Shown piece by piece: positions 62,411 to 64,000 of a DNA stretch of 64,000 bases (positions within the stretch are counted from its first letter, which is position 1; each line of letters starts with the position of its first letter). A model generated the notes under the pieces. The model worked only from the letters and a program-made list of their open reading frames with translations, was not told the origin of the DNA and made no database searches. A program made the position numbers and the translations under genes. The DNA comes from Alphaproteobacteria bacterium (lineage in GTDB: Bacteria > Pseudomonadota > Alphaproteobacteria > SHVW01), in assembly GCA_016869645.1 (NCBI GenBank), contig VGDO01000001.1:73957-137956 (forward strand), in the 5' to 3' direction.

Positions 62411-64000
62411 TCAATTCGTCGTGGTACGCGGCTGCTTCAGGCCGTCGCGCTGGACGCCGACCAGATGCTGGAAGCGGCGCAGCGTGTCCTGGGTGGCGTC
62501 GCGCGCCTCCTGGGAGTTGCGCAGCACGCGGGGATTGACCAGCACGATGAGCTCGGTGCGCTGCGCGCGGTTGTCGGTCTGGCCGAACAGCGCGCCGAGC
62601 ACGGGGATCTCGCGCAGCACGGGGATGCCGCTGTTGGCGCCCGTGTTCTCCTCGCGGATGAGGCCGCCTAGCAGGATGGTCTCGCCGCTCTGGACCGCGA
62701 CGGTCGACAAGAGGCGACGCTGGCGGATGGTCGGCGAGTCGATGTTCGACGTCGTCGTGCGCTGGACGTCGCTGACCTCCTGGCCGATCTCCAGCGTGAC
62801 GAGACCGCTCGCCGTCACGCGCGGCGTGATCTCGAGCGTCACGCCGGTGTCGCGGTACTGCACGGAGTTGACGATCAGCGGGTTGTTGGTCAGCGTGCTG
62901 GCCGCGGTCTGCGTCACGATCGGCACGACGTCGCCGACCTGCAGGCGCGCCACCTGGTTGTCGAGCACGAGCAGGCGCGGCGACGACACGACCTTGACGT
63001 CGGTCACCTCGCTCAGCGCGTCGATCACGACGCGCGGCTCGGCGCCGCCGCCGGTCAGCGTGAACGCGAAGCCGGGCAGCAGCGGCTGGATCGCGCGCGA
63101 CGGCGTCGCCGACAGGATGACCCGGCCGTTGTCGGTGATGCCGAGCCCGCCGTTCTGCAGCAGGTACTGCACGCCGTAGCGCAGCTGGTCGCGCAGCGTC
63201 ACCTCGACGATCGAGGCCTCGAACAGCACCTGCATCGGCATGAGGTCGAGCTGCTGGATGGCGTCATGCACGCGCGCGTAATCGCGCGGCGTGGCCGAGA
63301 CCAGGAGCGCGTTGTTGACTGGATCGGCCGAGATGCGGATCGGTCCATTGCCCGCATCCGCGGACAAGTCGGCCGGCCGGGACAGCAGCGTCAGCCGGCC
63401 CTGGTTGCCCGCGTCGGCGCGCACCACCGTGACCGGCGGCGGCACGCCCATGCCGAGGCCATAGGGCTGCGCTTGCGGCTCGGCCGTCACAGCCGCGCGC
63501 GGCGCCGCCGCAGGAGGCGGCGGCTGCCCCGCGCCAGTGGCAGGGGCGGATGCCGCCGCATCCGGCGACGCCGCCGCATCCGGCGAGAACAGGCCACGCA
63601 GCGTGCGCGCCAGGTCGGCCGCCTTGCCGTGCTGCATGTGATAGACGAAGAATTGCCGCTCGTCGGCATGGCGCGTGCGGTCGAGTCTGGCGATCCAGCT
63701 GCGCGCCTCTTCGAGATAGCGCTGCTGCGACGACACGGCCATCACGGCGTTGAGGCGCGGAATGGCGATGAAGCGCACGAGGCCGGCGAGCGCGCCTTTG
63801 CCGCCCGGCGCGAACAAATTTTCCAGCTCGGCCGCGACCGTCGCGGCGTCGGCGTTCTCGATGCCGACCAGCAGCACGCCCTGCCCGGCCATCTGGTCGA
63901 CGTCGAGGATACGCACCGCCTCGCGCGCCTGGGCCAGATCGTCGGTGGCGCCGGCGACCAGCAACGCGTTGCGGCCCTCGACCTCGATGACGCGCGCGCG
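62411..64000 (-). CDS. gspD: type II secretion system secretin GspD, N-terminally truncated by window edge
   Basis: The frame stays open to position 64000. The C-terminal secretin domain reads VVSSPRLLVLDNQVARLQVGDVVPIVT ... GIPVLREIPVLGALFG ... ELIVLVNPRVL. Confidence 0.85.
   Translation of the reverse strand, partial: RARVIEVEGRNALLVAGATDDLAQAREAVRILDVDQMAGQGVLLVGIENADAATVAAELENLFAPGGKGALAGLVRFIAIPRLNAVMAVSSQQRYLEEARSWIARLDRTRHADERQFFVYHMQHGKAADLARTLRGLFSPDAAASPDAAASAPATGAGQPPPPAAAPRAAVTAEPQAQPYGLGMGVPPPVTVVRADAGNQGRLTLLSRPADLSADAGNGPIRISADPVNNALLVSATPRDYARVHDAIQQLDLMPMQVLFEASIVEVTLRDQLRYGVQYLLQNGGLGITDNGRVILSATPSRAIQPLLPGFAFTLTGGGAEPRVVIDALSEVTDVKVVSSPRLLVLDNQVARLQVGDVVPIVTQTAASTLTNNPLIVNSVQYRDTGVTLEITPRVTASGLVTLEIGQEVSDVQRTTTSNIDSPTIRQRRLLSTVAVQSGETILLGGLIREENTGANSGIPVLREIPVLGALFGQTDNRAQRTELIVLVNPRVLRNSQEARDATQDTLRRFQHLVGVQRDGLKQPRTTTN

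Noticed and set aside
1-64000. A search by eye for CRISPR arrays, tRNA/rRNA genes, IS elements, integrases, prophage genes, toxin-antitoxin pairs, restriction-modification or other defence genes, and NRPS/PKS/RiPP cores.
   Set aside because: I found no regularly spaced direct repeats, no cloverleaf-like or rRNA-like segments, and no ORF with transposase, recombinase, nuclease-defence or megasynthase motifs. SnoaL-like and PhzF-like proteins alone do not make a biosynthetic cluster.
62411-64000. The type II secretion secretin as a possible novel secretion system.
   Set aside because: It has canonical GspD C-terminal secretin-domain motifs. Only the 3' portion is in the window and nothing about it looks atypical.

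Overview
GC-rich, Rhizobiales-like alphaproteobacterial DNA (taxon is my inference from codon bias and gene content). It is almost entirely protein-coding: about 60 CDS. I recognise no rRNA, tRNA, CRISPR array, transposase, integrase or phage genes. The window is an accessory catabolic/uptake region with these main parts. (1) Four complete peptide/opine-type (Dpp/Opp, PepT-family) ABC importers, at 4264-9770 (+), 12821-22723 (-), 44774-50197 (-) and 52151-57680 (+). (2) One PotABCD-type importer split over three transcription units (26398-34019). (3) The tail of a SsuC/TauC-type permease at the left edge. (4) Three paralogous CocE/NonD (S15) hydrolases. (5) A tandem pair of AstE/AspA-family deacylases. 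(6) A non-Pyl MttB-family methyltransferase. (7) A Rieske oxygenase whose alpha and beta genes lie 3 kb apart, and four NTF2/SnoaL-fold proteins. (8) Several amidohydrolases, an M19 dipeptidase, a class-C beta-lactamase-like hydrolase, a nitrilase-family enzyme and prolyl aminopeptidase. (9) A C45 Ntn-hydrolase followed by a DUF1446(AtuA-like)/DUF4387 pair. (10) The 3' part of a type II secretion secretin at the right edge. Only two transcription factors are encoded, one GntR/FCD and one LysR. I found no defence system, toxin-antitoxin module, secondary-metabolite core enzyme or mobile element, so nothing here is claimed as a clear-cut novel system. The strongest sequence-level signal is a tandem-heptamer box (TTCGACA x2). 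It is present as two near-identical inverted pairs in the divergent promoters around the GntR gene, and recurs upstream of two further operons, which suggests a regulon of roughly 17 kb for an unidentified nitrogenous substrate. Other candidates for undescribed biology are a Dpp-type operon interrupted by MttB-like, CocE/NonD and 2OG-oxygenase-like genes, and a C45/DUF1446/DUF4387 module translationally chained to a Dpp importer. All family calls come from motif recognition by eye. No database search was run.
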